Below, in pieces: positions 24,343 to 37,199 of a DNA stretch of 64,000 bases. The DNA comes from Mobula birostris (lineage: Eukaryota), in the NCBI RefSeq assembly GCF_030028105.1, contig NC_092372.1, positions 137,646,058-137,710,057 of the forward strand, given 5' to 3'. The position numbers and the translations under genes are program-made. Within the stretch, counting starts at the first letter, position 1, and the number at the start of each line of letters is the position of its first letter. Below the pieces are notes generated by a model. That model saw only the letters and a program-made list of their open reading frames with translations, was not told the origin of the DNA and searched no databases.

Positions 24343-25980
24343 TAGAACCTAGACCAGTACAACACAGGAACAGACCTTTCTGCCCAAGATGTCTGAGCTG
24401 ACTATGATGGCAATTTAAGCTGTACATCTGCCTGCATGTAGTCCATCTCCCTCCATCCCTACCTGTTTCTGTGTCTAACTACCTCAAGTGTTGTTATCAT
24501 ATCTGCTTCCAGCACTTCTCCTGGCAGCGTGTTTCAGGCATCTACTATTCGCTAAAAATCTCCTTTAAACCTCACCCCTCGCTTGTTTAAAGCCATGGCC
24601 TCTAGTATTTGACATTTCCACCTGGGTAAAGGACTCTGACTCTCTAACCTAAGCATGTCTCTCTTTATTTCACACATCTATATCAGGTCACCTTCCTTCA
24701 ACCTCCGAACCAATCCAAAGTCTGCCCAACCTCTTTTTATAGCTAATAGTTTCTAATCCAGGCAAGATCATTTGTACCCTCTTCAAAACCTCAATACCCT
24801 AATAAAATGCAGTGACCAGTTCTGCACAAAATTCTCAAAACATAATTAAAGATTTACACAGCTACAACATAACTTTCTGACTTTCATATTTAACACCCTG
24901 ACTAATGAAGGCAAGGACACCGCATGACCTCTTTACCACTCTTCCTGTTCCCACTTTCAGGAAGCTGTGGACTTGAATCCCAAGCTCCCTCTGTACATCA
25001 ATGTTAGACCATAAGACATAGGAACAGAATTAATCCATTTGGCCAATCGAGTCTGCTCTACCATTCAATCATAGCTGATCTTTTTTATCCCTCTCCTCAG
25101 CCCCACTCCCCGGCCTTCTCCCGTAACCTTTGATACCATGTCCAATCTAGAACCTATCAAGCTCTGCCTTAAATACACCCAACAACCTGGCCTCCACAGC
25201 TGCCTGTGGTAATAAATTCCACAAGTTCACCACCCTCTGGCTGGAGAAATTTCAACACATCTCTGTTTTAAATGGATGGCTCTCTATCTTGAGGCTGTAC
25301 TCTCTTGTCCTAGACTCCCCCATCATGGAAAACATCCTTTCCACTTCAACATGTCTGGGACTTTCAACATTTGAAAGGTTTCAATGAGATACCCCCCCCC
25401 CCCACATCCTTCTAAATTCCAGCAAGTACAAGTCCTCGTATGAAAGCCCTTTCATTCCCTGTGAACCTTCCCTGGACCCTCTCCAATGCCAGCACAGCTT
25501 TTCTGAGATAAGGAGCCCAAAACTGTTCACAATACTCAAGGTGAGGTCTCACCAGTACCTTCTAAAGCCCCAGCATCACATCCCTGCTCTTGTATTCTAG
25601 ACCTCTTGAAATGAATGCTAACATTGTGTTAGCCTTCCTCACCACTGACTCAACCCGCAATTTATCCTTTAGGATGTTCTGCATAAAGACTCCCGAGTCC
25701 CTTTGCCTCTCAGATTTTTGGAAATAGTCTGCACATCTATTTCCTCTGCCAAAGTGCGTGACTATGTATTTTCCAACATTCTATTTCATTTGCCACTTTC
25801 TTGCCCATCCTCCTAATCTGTCTAAGCACTTCTGCAGCTTACCTGTTTCCTCTACCCTATCTGCCCCTCCACCAATCTTCATATCATCTGCAAACTTGGC
25901 AACAAAGCCATTTATTCCATCATCTAAATCACTGATATACAGCATAAAAAGAAATGGTTCAAACACCGACCCCTGCAGTG
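24343..25980 (-). mobile_element. Two adjacent CR1-type 3' fragments (24343-25004 and 25005-25980)
   Basis: Two separate microsatellite tails; RT remnant FVAKFADDMKIGG. Confidence 0.85.
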
Positions 25981-26589
25981 TTCCTCAGTCTCCTGACATT
26001 TACTGTAACTTTCCTCTTACATTTCACTTCCCAATGTGCAATGCCTTCTGGAAGACAGCACTGGTAAGTAGAGACTCTTTGCCTGCAGCTCTGATGGGAA
26101 TCATCAAATATTCCCACTTCAGACTACTACAGCAGAAATCCACGGTCACAACCATGGGTACTTCAGTAAGCAGCATTGTATTAAGATATTTTTAAAAATC
26201 TATCGATACTCAAAATTGATGAACCTTGAACACAGATGCAGGTCACAAGTGTAGTTCCCCTTTTTAAAAAAAGGAAGTGTAGATGGCATACCAGTCTATA
26301 AATGTGATTGAAATACTGAGGCTATAGATCCCTACTCCTGACTATACCACTGGTGAATGTACAGTTCCTGGAAAATAAAACTGAAGACTTCAAAGCAAGA
26401 TTGCAGTACCAGAAACACATCAGACACAGCTGTGTACTTTGCTTCATGGGAATATGGCTATCACCTGCCATTTCTGATGCAGCACTGTAGCCCAAAGGCT
26501 TTGCCATTCTCTGCAAAGTCAGTCAGCTCAGTCTTTTAAAGGTGGAGGAATTGGAACATGCTTTATGATTAGCTCATCATGGTGAACAG

Positions 26590-27555
26590 GTGTAGTGATT
26601 CTGTCTCTGCCCTGCTCACTTGAGCTGAACATCTTGCTGTCAAATGTCATCCTTTTTATCTGCCAAAGGAGTTTTTCACCATCATCCTGGTAGTGGTGTA
26701 TATTCTACTTTAAGTCAGCATCAGGCAGGTGCTGAAGGACCTGAGCATCATTATCAGCAGGCACAAAATAGTGCACCAAGATGCCTTCCCTGTCACTGCG
26801 GGGGATTTCAACCAGCCCAGCTTGAAGAAGTATCTGAACAACTATCACCAACATATCACCAGTGAAACCAGAGGAGCCAACACACTTGACAACTGTTATA
26901 CAATCATCAATCATCAATCATCAGTGCCATCCCATGCCTACATTTTGTAAAATCTGATCACTGGCCATAATTCTACTCCTGGCATACAGGCAGAAGCTAA
27001 AGATCGCAGCACCAGTTTTGAGGACCAAGAAGGTATGTTCAAGGGAGGTGGAAGAGCACTTGAATGACTGCTTAGAGTCAGTGGACTGGACGATATTCAG
27101 AGATTCGTCTTTCAATATGAGTGAATACACTACAATTGTTCTTCATGACCTACGTGGATCAGTGTGTGCCTTCAAGAACATACTGGACATTACCAAACCA
27201 AAAGCCATGGATGAACCAGGAGACTGAAAGTCCACTAGACCTAAGGCATTCAAGACTGATGATCCAGAACTATACAAGAATCCCCGGTACAATCTATAGA
27301 AAGCTATTTTAAGAGCAAAAAGAAAACAATTCGGATTGAGGTTAGAGACAAAATTGGATGCAGGTCAGCTCTGGCATGGTTTTGCAGGCCATTAATTCCT
27401 ACAAAGCAAAACCTAACGTCATGAATGGCAGTGATGCTTCACTCCCAGATGAGCTCAACACCTTTTATGCATGCTTTGTAAGGGAGAATAAAAAGACATC
27501 TGTGCAAATGCTTCCAGGACCTGGTCACCCCGTGACCTCTGTCTCCGAGGCCACA
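26590..27555 (+). mobile_element. Rex1/Babar-like LINE endonuclease-region fragment
   Basis: AGDFNQ, TRGANTLDNCYT, SDH, NQKPWMN, LPDELNTFYACF. Confidence 0.8.
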
Positions 27556-28656
27556 CAACATCAATTCCTGACCCTTATCAACTATCTTTGTCTCCTCCTC
27601 AAAATAATCTATCAAATTTGTACGCTATGACCTCTTCTGCGCGGTCCTATGCTGACTATCCCTTATAAATGTATGCTTTTTCCTGGTGTGAGCAGATCCT
27701 GTCCCTTAGAATCTTCTCCAATAATTTCCCTATCATTGATGTAATGGTTCTTTAATGGTTTTATCTTATTTTACCATGACTAATAATTTGTGCATATGAT
27801 TTAATGAACTTTCATTCTTGTTAAATAACTTTTCTAATTTTAGCATTTCTTAAATGTGCCTGAATGACTGACAATGATTTCTATGAATTCTTTAAGTTTT
27901 TGATCAGCTCTGACAAAGAATTAAGCTCCAGCTCTCAGCTTTGTCTTCTATCAGAGGCATTTGCTGGAGGTTGCCAGGTGTACAGGAATAGCACTGTACT
28001 TCAACGTTTGCCATCTTTGACCAGGTTTCTACTGAGGCCTTCATCCACTTCTCTGAATGCCTTATAAATAAAAACCCTGCATTTGTTGTCTGTGATGATT
28101 CACAAAGGAAAGGACAAGTGCATGATTGACAGAAAATTTACCTGAATTGTAAGCCAAAGGACCAGCAAGTTTCCAACTATGCATTCATAACAGTTGGACC
28201 TAGAAAATAAGCCCATTTATAAAGTGCAGACTTGATATTGAACAAGCAAAGAAATGAAAAAAAAAGTTTTGGCAAAGATATTTTCATGAAGGTGTTTTCC
28301 CTTTAAGCAAATAATTCTCATAAATCTTGCTTCTCAGACTTATGTTACTATTCATTAATTAAGAGCTATGGTGGATTTTTCATAAAATATAAAGAAGTTT
28401 GCAAGTTACCAAACTGGAACTGTTCAATTAGCTACCCATCTGATATAATTATTCTGCTATTTACTTAATAGACTTCAAGCAGATTTAAATGCAGTATATT
28501 AAATAGCAATTACCTGAGAAATATGTGAATTCTTTCTTGCACAGTGGAAATGTGCAGTAGTCAGACCTTCGCTCCACATTATTTATTAAGTTCTAGGTAC
28601 TTTACTCTTGTTCACCAACTTTCCTCTGAGCATAAAACTGTCTTAATAGGTTGTGG

Positions 28657-28740
28657 CACAAACAAAATGCTGGTCAGGCAGCATCAATGGAAATGAGTAA
28701 ACAGTCGACATTTCAGGCCAAGACCCTTCTTCAGGACTAG
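28657..28740 (-). ncRNA. PLE terminal-repeat fragment with a minimal type I hammerhead ribozyme motif (28702-28738)
   Basis: Minus strand AGTC-CTGAAGA-AGGGTCTTGGCCT-GAAA-TGTC-GACT: stem I, CUGANGA core, stem II, GAAA and GUC cleavage triplet. Confidence 0.65.
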
Positions 28741-28941
28741 CTTATATGTCATGAGTTGGCTTATGAATGAAATAGTTTTGCCTGCGTTTTGTTTCCTCAG
28801 TTTAATGAAAAGATTATTAAACCAGTTTGAAACATGCCGAGAATAAATTCACACAAGCAACAATCAGTAGGGCACATATAACTATCTTAAGAATTATGTT
28901 GCATAATCATTATTTGTTAAAGAATTACATCCAAAGTATGT

Positions 28942-29547
28942 GCTCTTAGTAGTCACTTTATTAGGTACACCTGTGCACCTACTTATTAATGCAAATATCT
29001 AATCAGCCAATCATATGGCAGCAACTCAATACATAAAAGCATGCAGACTTGATCAAACAGTTCAGTTTGGTGGTAATGCACCATTAAGCTGGATGCCAAC
29101 CGCTGTAAAACAAGATACAGACAGACAAACAGTTCAGTTATTGTTTAGATCAATGCCAGAATGGGGGGAAAGAAAAGTTATCTAAATGATTTTGACTGTG
29201 AAATTGTTATTAGTGTTAGACAGGGAGACGTGAATACCTCAGAAACTACTGATCTCCTGGGATTTTCATGCACAACAGGCTCCAGAGAATGGTGTGAAAA
29301 GTAAAAGAAAATTCAGTTACTGGCACTTCTTTAGATGAAAATGCCTTATTAATGAAAGAGGTCGGAGGAGAATGATCAGACTGTTTCAAGCTGATAGCAA
29401 GACTCAAGTAGCCATGCATTACATTAATGGCGTGCAGAAGAACTTCTCTGAATGCATGACACACTGAACCCTGAAGTGGATGGGCAAGAGCAGCAGAAGA
29501 CTATAAGCATGTACTCACTGGCCACTTTATTAGGTACAGTGGCCACT
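28942..29547 (+). mobile_element. Non-autonomous Tc1 derivative
   Basis: TIR motif CACTTTATTAGGTACA; degenerate transposase N-terminus (SETTDLLGFSCTT). Confidence 0.8.
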
Positions 29548-29944
29548 GTCTGAATGTTTTGGACAGACCTAAAACCAAGAGAACCAGACTCATCAAATGT
29601 ATTTTAAAGTATCAATTTTGTTCATTTTTTGAGGATAAAAAAGAGAAGATATAACTTGCCAGATAGTATCAACGTATGTTTTGGCACTGCTTATCTTTGC
29701 AACCACCTTTCAGAAAACAAAAGCAAGCAGCAGGTATTAGAGTGTGGAAAACGAGCAGGAGATAGTTCCAAGAGAAAGAAATTCATTGCAAGATAATAGC
29801 AATTCACTTTGTTTTTATTCTCATGCATGACAAATCATTCTGGCTCATGTAAATACAAGAAAATACAATGCAGACTGTAGTGCTTTGCACCAGAGGCTGC
29901 CAGGACACTTACAATTGCAGATGTTCCAGCTGAGTTGCTTTTCG

Positions 29945-30011
29945 AGGGTTTTTTGCCATGGACTCCTATCATTAACCGTGGTGTCTATGGACCACAGGTT
30001 GGGTACCCCTG
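29945..30011. mobile_element. hAT/Charlie-type MITE, partial
   Basis: Body similar to 17096-17165; ends AGGTTGGGTACCCCTG. Confidence 0.6.
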
Positions 30012-30422
30012 CTTTAGTTGATTGTATAGGCTGTGATGGTATTGGATCGCAGACGGTGAAGATCTAAACTGAAACAAAGACCTTAAGCCCTATCTGATAC
30101 AGATGGCCATGAGTACCATCAGTAAAGGGAGATTATACTGTAATCTTCAAAGACGAGTTCACTCCCCTGTTTATTCTCCATGGTGAGTTTATTTGCCAAT
30201 ACCCACTATTTGAGTGGTGGGTCCCCTCTCCCTACCAAGGAGAAGATACCAGCTAACAAGTAGTTTAAAACACTTTTCGTTTATTTGCACTGATATGCAT
30301 TTAAATCCAAACAACATTTTTAAAACAAAGTTAAAACTCAGAGGATTTTTATCTTAAACAATTCTAAATTACAAGCCATTTCTAAAACACAGTAGTTTTA
30401 CAAAACACAGGTACAATTAAGT

Positions 30423-32345
30423 CCATAAGAACATAAGATACAGGAGCAGAAGTAGGCCATTCGGCCCATCGAGTCTGCTCCACCATTGAATCGTGGGATG
30501 ATCCAATTCTTCCAGTCATCCGCACTCCCCTGACTTCTCCCCATACCCTTTAATGCCCTGTCTAATCAAGAATCTATCTATCTCTGCCTTAAATGCACCC
30601 AGTGACTTGGCCTCCACAGCCACTTGTGGCAACAAATTCCACAGACTTACCACCCTCTGATTAAAGTAATTTCTCCAGACCTCTGTTCTAAATGGACGTC
30701 TTTCAAACCTGAAGTCATGTCCTCTTGTCCTGGACTCCCCTACCAATGGAAATAACTTTGTCATATCTAATCTGTCCAGGCCTTTTAACATTTGAAATGT
30801 TTCTATGAGATCCCCTCTCATTCTTCTGAACTCCAGGGAATACAGCCCAAGAGCTGCCAGATGCTCCTCATACGGTAAATCTTTCATTCCTGGAGTAATT
30901 CTTGTGAATCTTCTCTGAACCCTCTCCAACGTCAATATATCCTTTCCAAAATAAGGAGCCCAAAACTGCACACAATGCTCCAAGTGTGGTCTCATGAGTG
31001 CTTTATAGAGCCCCAACATCACATCCCTGCTCTTATATTCCATACCCCTGGAAATGAATGCCAACATTGCATTTGCCTTCTCACCACCGACTCAACCTGA
31101 AGGTTAACCTTTGGGGTATCCTTCACAAGGACTGCCAAGTTCCTTTGCATCTACGCATTTTGAATTCTGTCCCCATCTAAATAATAGTCTTCCGATTTAT
31201 TTCTTCCACCAAAGTGCACGACCATGTACTTTCCAACATTGTATTTCCTTCGCCACTTTTTTGCCCATTCCCCTAAACTATCTAGGTCTCTCTGCAGGCT
31301 CTCCGTTTCCTCAACACTACCCACTCCTCCACTTATCTTTGTATCATCGGCAAATTTAGCCACAAATCCATTAATCCTATAGTCCAAATCATTGACATAC
31401 ACCCTAAAAAGCAGCGATCCCAACACCGACCCTGTGGAACTCCACTGGTAACCGGCAGCCAGCCAGAATAGGATACCTTTATTCCCAATCTGTTTTTTGC
31501 TGATCAGCCAATGCTCCACCCATGCTAGTTACTTCCCTATAATTCCATGGGCTCTTATCTTGATAAGGAGCCCCACGTGCGGCACCTTGTCAAAGGCCTT
31601 TTGAAAATCCAAGAACACCACTACTGCATCTCTTTTGTCTACCCTGCTTGTAATTTCCTCAAAAAAATCGCAGTAGGTTAGTCAGGCAGGATTTTCCTTT
31701 CAGGAAACCATGCTGGCTCTGGCCTATCTTGTTATGTGACTCCAGGTATTCCATAATCTCATCCCTAACAATCTCTCCAGCTACTTCCTTCAGAACCCGA
31801 GGGTGCATTCTATCAGGTCCAGGAGACTTATCCACCCCAGATCATTAAGCTTCCTGAGCACCTTCTCAGTTGTAATTTTCACTGCACATACTTCACTTCC
31901 CTGACACTCTTGAATGTCCAGTATACTGCAGACGTCTTACACTCTGAAACTGATGCAAAATACGCATTCAGTGCCATCTCTGCGTCTCTCATTACAATAT
32001 CTCCAGCATCATTTTCTATTGGTCCTATATCTACCCTCAACTCTCTTTTACCATTTATATACTTAAAAAAAGCTTTTAGTACATTCTTTGATATTAGTCA
32101 CCAGCTTCTTTTCATAATTTATCCTTTCCTTCCTAATGACCTTCTTAGTTTACTTCTGCAAGTTTTTAAAAGCTTCCCAATCCTCTATCTTCCCACTAAC
32201 TTTGGCTTCCTTGTATGCCCTCTTTTTGGCTTTTACTTTGTCTCTGATTTCACTTGTCAGCCACAGTAGTGTCCTTCTTCCATTCAAAAATTTCTTTTAT
32301 TCGGAATATATCTGTCTTGCACTTCCCTCATTTTTCCCTCAATTC
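30423..32345 (-). mobile_element. CR1 LINE 3' half
   Basis: ORFs 30516-31067 and 31151-31519 (KFADDTK); CTTATGTTCTTATG tail. Confidence 0.92.
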
Positions 32346-33207
32346 CTATAAACTAAATGATTTACCAATGAACAAGTTGTCTCTAGCAGTAATTGAAACC
32401 AGAGGAATGGATTCTAGTTCACCCCAAGTTTCTTTCAACCCCATTCTTAATAAGCCTGAACTGCTTTCTACGTTTATACAGTTTCTTTGCCACTTGGGTG
32501 ATATTGCACATTTACAGTATGATATTTCCTCAGATACCTTTTTTACACAACGTCTAAAAGTTTTTGGGGACACAGTGCCCAGCTACCCATAATTAATGCT
32601 GTAAAGCTAACTTTTCAGAATATAAAAAACTCCCAACTATAAACACAGAAGTTATTTGATATACTAAATGATATCACCTATCTGCTCTGCAAACTTCCTT
32701 GAACTAAACATCTTGGTCAGCTTGTCTGTCTGAAACCAGCCAAATTAGATAACCCATTGTCTCACACTGCAACTCTTGAGCAATGATAATCCAGGTGCAG
32801 AGACCAATGTCCTAGTTTCTTTTCTACAGGGCCTCTGCTACATTCTGAGCTTCTTTGCAAAGCTGTGTTTTCAAACTTCAAACTGATTACTGGTTTCCAT
32901 TTACATTTTAAGAAATGAAGACTGGCTTTTTCTGCCACTCACGCATGGCTTCTGTGTGCTACCAATGCATGGACTTGTGGTTCTCAGGACCCAAAGAAAA
33001 TGTTCCTTCTTCACTCTGAGTATTCATGGTTGGAGATTCTCAGGAGTCTACAAAGATATTGAGATTTTTTTAAAAAGAAACTTTGAGAAAATACTTGAAT
33101 CTGTTCCTTTGTTCAGCTGGTCTGACAGTGCTTTGAAAAGTTCAAGTAATGTAGCTTATACAACACATGTGAATGTATGAGATATTGTGAGTAGATTTAT
33201 GGATATT

Positions 33208-34028
33208 ATGAAAATCAGTGGTGCACTTAGTGATGAAATTTTTGTAAGGCTATATCATGATAGGGAGGCGTTGGAGTCAATTATTAAGGACGAGGTTTCA
33301 GGGTACCTGGAGGCACATGATAAAATAGGTCATAGTCAGCATGGTTTCCTCAAGGGAAAATCCTGCCTGACAAATCTATAGGAATTTTTTGAAGAAATAA
33401 CAAGCAGGATAGACAAAGGAGAATTGATTGATGCTGTGTTGTTGGATTTTCAGAAGGCCTTTGGCGCCCCACACAGACTTCCAATTTTCACCTTGTAAGG
33501 CATGAAAGTGCCTGACGCAGGCCTCTTATGGTCTGAGTCGACGTCCCCTCCCTTTGACAAGGTGCCACACTTGAGGCTGTTTTACAATCTATGGGCCCAT
33601 TGTATTACAGGAAAGATTCTAGCATGGATAAAGCAGTGGCTGATTAGCAGGAGGCAACAAGTGGGAATAAAGGGAGCCTTTTCTAGTGACTAGTGGCGTC
33701 CCACAGGGGTCTGTGTTGGGACTGATTTTTTTTATATTCAAGTCTAAGATCAGAGGACACAGCCTCAGAATAGAGGGGTGTCATTTTAGAACAGAGATGA
33801 GGAGGAATTTCTTTAGCCAAAGGGTGGTGAATCTGTGGAATTCTTTGCCACAGGCAGCTGTGCAGGCCAAGTCTTCATGTATATTTAAGATAGAGATTGA
33901 TAGATAATTGATTGGTCAGGGCATGAAGGGATACTGGGAGAAGACAGGAGATTGGGGCTGAGTGGAAAATTAGATCAGTCATGATGAAATGGTGGAGGAG
34001 AGCCGATGGGCCAAATAGCCTAATTCTG
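33208..34028 (+). mobile_element. CR1 fragment with internal deletion and an 87-bp insert
   Basis: SQHGFLKGKSCLTNL, FDKVPH, GVPQGSVLG joined directly to the 3' end. Confidence 0.85.
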
Positions 34029-35413
34029 CTCCTATATCTTATAGTCTTAAAGTCTCACACCACCAATCTCAAGTACAGCTGTTGTTGCTGAGAACAGGTA
34101 CAGACAACGTGCTGGAGGAAGTCAGCAGGTCGAGAAGCATCTGGGGTGGAAAAGGAACCATCAATGAAATCCTGCATCAGGACACTCCCCCAACATTGTT
34201 GTTTTTTTTTCCTTTCAAGCATCTTTTCACGACCAACTGGACAAAACCCTAATCAGCACAGCGTAGCAACACTTTGAACACCTCGAGTATTTTGTGCTAA
34301 ATTGGACAATTTTTGTTCAAATGGTATTCTTTTGAAAAAATATTTTCTATAAGTTATGCTTTATTTATGTTTCTCTTGTGAATGCTGATTATATAATGCT
34401 ATGTGCCTGTCACACTGCTCCAAGTAAGTTTTTCAATGGACTTGTGCGTATACGTACATGTGCATATGACAATATACTTGACATTAACCTTGTCTTTAGT
34501 ACTAGTACTCACCCAAGTTACTTCTCCCACTTACAACGCTGAAATCAGGGATCTCCCATTGGCCATATGAATGGTTATTCTTCTCTCTATCCTGGGTGGG
34601 AGAGGGTGGTCTTCCTTGTGATAGTTAGTCTCTGGAGTTCTCCCCCATTTCACTCATTATTCTCCAGAGTTCACACTGCTCTATCTCTGAAACTCTTCAT
34701 TTTTATACATTTTACTGATCAGTTCTGCACCATTATACTTTGATTCCATTGGTTCTGATTTTTTGGGCTAGCCTGTGTCTTCTTTTCATTGGCTGTAGCC
34801 CAAGTCTACAGGTAGCATTAGCTCATTGACCTCTCCCAAATAAGGAAATGCTTCTGATGTCATTCCTTTGATTTTCACCCCTGAATCAGACCATTTCAAG
34901 TTTGTTAAATCCAGTTCAAGTTAGACTGCACTGGTCTCAGGTTACTTCAGTTCACAAGCACAGACTAATCTTCTTGTAAATCTGTATTGATTATTTTACC
35001 TTATCAAAGAGCAAATAACCTCTTACTTCTAAATGAACTCTGATTCAGGAGATTAACAATAGGACCTTTGCTATATCGATTTTCAATGACTTAAATCCAG
35101 AAAGAGTTAATTCAGAATATCAGTTCACAAAGTGGTGGTCACAAGATTAGTCCCACATAACAGTAGCCTTCACTTGCACATTCCTGCTATATGGCAAAAA
35201 TAAAGGCTTCTGTTTGCTGTACTTGTCTATTGTCCTTGACTTGTTCCAACTAGCTGTTTTGCAGAATTTTAAATACTTCAGGCCAATAGACCAGTTTTTT
35301 TTTTGTTCATTCATAACACAGCTCAAGACTTTTCCGGATATCAAGGAAATCGAGGGTTGTAAGGGTATTCCTGGAAAATAACTCTGAAGTGGATGATAAG
35401 CCGTAATCTAGAG

Positions 35414-35480
35414 TAGGGGTTCCCAACCTGGTGTCAATGGACTCCTTACTTAATGACATAAACAAGGTTGGGAACCCCTG
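35414..35480. mobile_element. hAT/Charlie-type MITE
   Basis: TIRs AGGGGTTCCCAACCT / AGGTTGGGAACCCCT; TSD ATCTAGAG / ATGTAGAG. Confidence 0.85.
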
Positions 35481-35586
35481 ATGTAGAGGAGTGGAGGAGC
35501 ACACTTGAAGGACAATGTTGCCTGCTCTTGCTCCTACTTCTTATCTTCTTATGTATGCTGCTTAAGACAGTGACATCATATTGTAA

Positions 35587-36155
35587 TACTCCCAATGACC
35601 TCTTTATTAGGTACACAGATACACTTGTTCTTTAATGCAAATATCTAATCGGCCAATCATGTGGCAACAAATCAATGCATTAGTGCATGCAAACATGATC
35701 AAGAGGTTCAGATGCTGTTCAGATTTAACATCAGAATGGGGAAGAAATACAATCTTAGCGATTTTGACCATGGAATGCTTGTTGGTGCCAGATATTTGAG
35801 TATCTCAGAAACTGCTGATTTCCTGGGATTTTCCACACATAATTATCTCTAGAGTTTACAGAGAATGGTGTGAAAATCAGAAACATCCAGTGGGTGGCTG
35901 TTCTGTGGGTGAAAATACCTTGTTAATGAGAGAAGTCAGATGAGAATGGCCAGACTGGTTCAAGCTGACGGGAAGGTGACAGTAACTTTTAAAACCACGT
36001 TACAACAGTGGTGTGCAGACAAGTATCTCAGAACACACAACATGTCGAACATTGAAGCGGATAGGCTACAACAGCTGAAGATCATATTGAGCTCCACTCC
36101 TGTGGCCACTTTATTAGGTATACTCCTGTACCTCATAAGATGGCCGCTGAGTGTA
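35587..36155 (+). mobile_element. Non-autonomous Tc1 derivative with terminal hairpin
   Basis: MGKKYNLSDFDHGMLVGAR..SISETADFLGFS.. and RMARLVQADGKVT (HTH region); TIRs; no DDE domain. Confidence 0.85.
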
Positions 36156-36639
36156 TGTTCAAGGGAATAAAGCATTAAATTCAGTGAAGTCAGAATTTAT
36201 TACTGTGGTTCCAAAATTATAGCTTACAGAGGAAGTGGCTGTCCATGACAGTAGCTTCTGGACTTTTGCCTTTAATTATGCATGGACAGAAATCATAATT
36301 AGCTACTAGTAATTTCGCAATGTTATGAAAATTTCTGAATAATTTTACAATGGAACCACAAGATGCAATTAATATTCATCACAGTACAACACCATAAACA
36401 ATGTAACCAATGTGGACTTCACACTTTGCCTACACTGCATGTGGAATTCCTTCAGCCTGCATCTCAAGGCACTGGAGACATGCCACTCAAAGTTGCCTCT
36501 GAAAAATCTTCCAAATCCACAAGGAAGACAAGGTCAGTGTCCAATCCCAGGCTAACATTAGTATGAGAGGATCCTAGTAGCACTCAGGTTATAAAGTTCC
36601 ATGTCTTCTGTAGCTATTTGCTCCAATCTCATTTACTGC

Positions 36640-36985
36640 AGTAGGTCTATAGCCCCCTATACATTGGCAATTCCAGGACTGGTTTAGATACATATTAAAC
36701 ACCATGTGAAGTCTGCCTCCAATCGCTCTTCAGGCATCGTAGTCCAGGCTCCATTTATGTGAATACATTTCTTCCCTAGATCCACTCTAAATCTCCTCTC
36801 TCTCATCTTGAACTTAAGCCTTCTTGTCAAAGACATCCCTCCCATGACATAAAGATTACTACCCAGTCTATTTGTCCCTCTTATAACTTTATATACCTCA
36901 CGAAGGTCACCCCTCATCTTCCTCCGCTCCAGAGAAAACAAGCCCAGCTTTTTCAGTTCCTCCTCACAATTGTAATGCTGTAACC
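36640..36985 (-). mobile_element. Old CR1-type 3' fragment
   Basis: FSLERRKMRGDLREVYKVIRG. Confidence 0.75.
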
Positions 36986-37199
36986 AGCTTTATGTTCTAT
37001 GCAACAGACAATGAGGTAAGCAGTCTGTGTACATTTCACATCAACTTGTCCACCTTTCAGGGCTTAATGGGCTCTTAACCTGACCTCTCTCTGTTCAGCA
37101 CCCATAGTGGGTTAAGTATGTCTAATCAAAATGCATCACCTTGCATTTGTAAGATTAGGTTCTATTTGTCATTTCTTTGACTAACCTTTCAGCTGCTGA

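Noticed and set aside
34500-35150. Possible gag/protease remnant on the minus strand
   Set aside because: Purine-rich and coding-like, but I could not identify any diagnostic motif.
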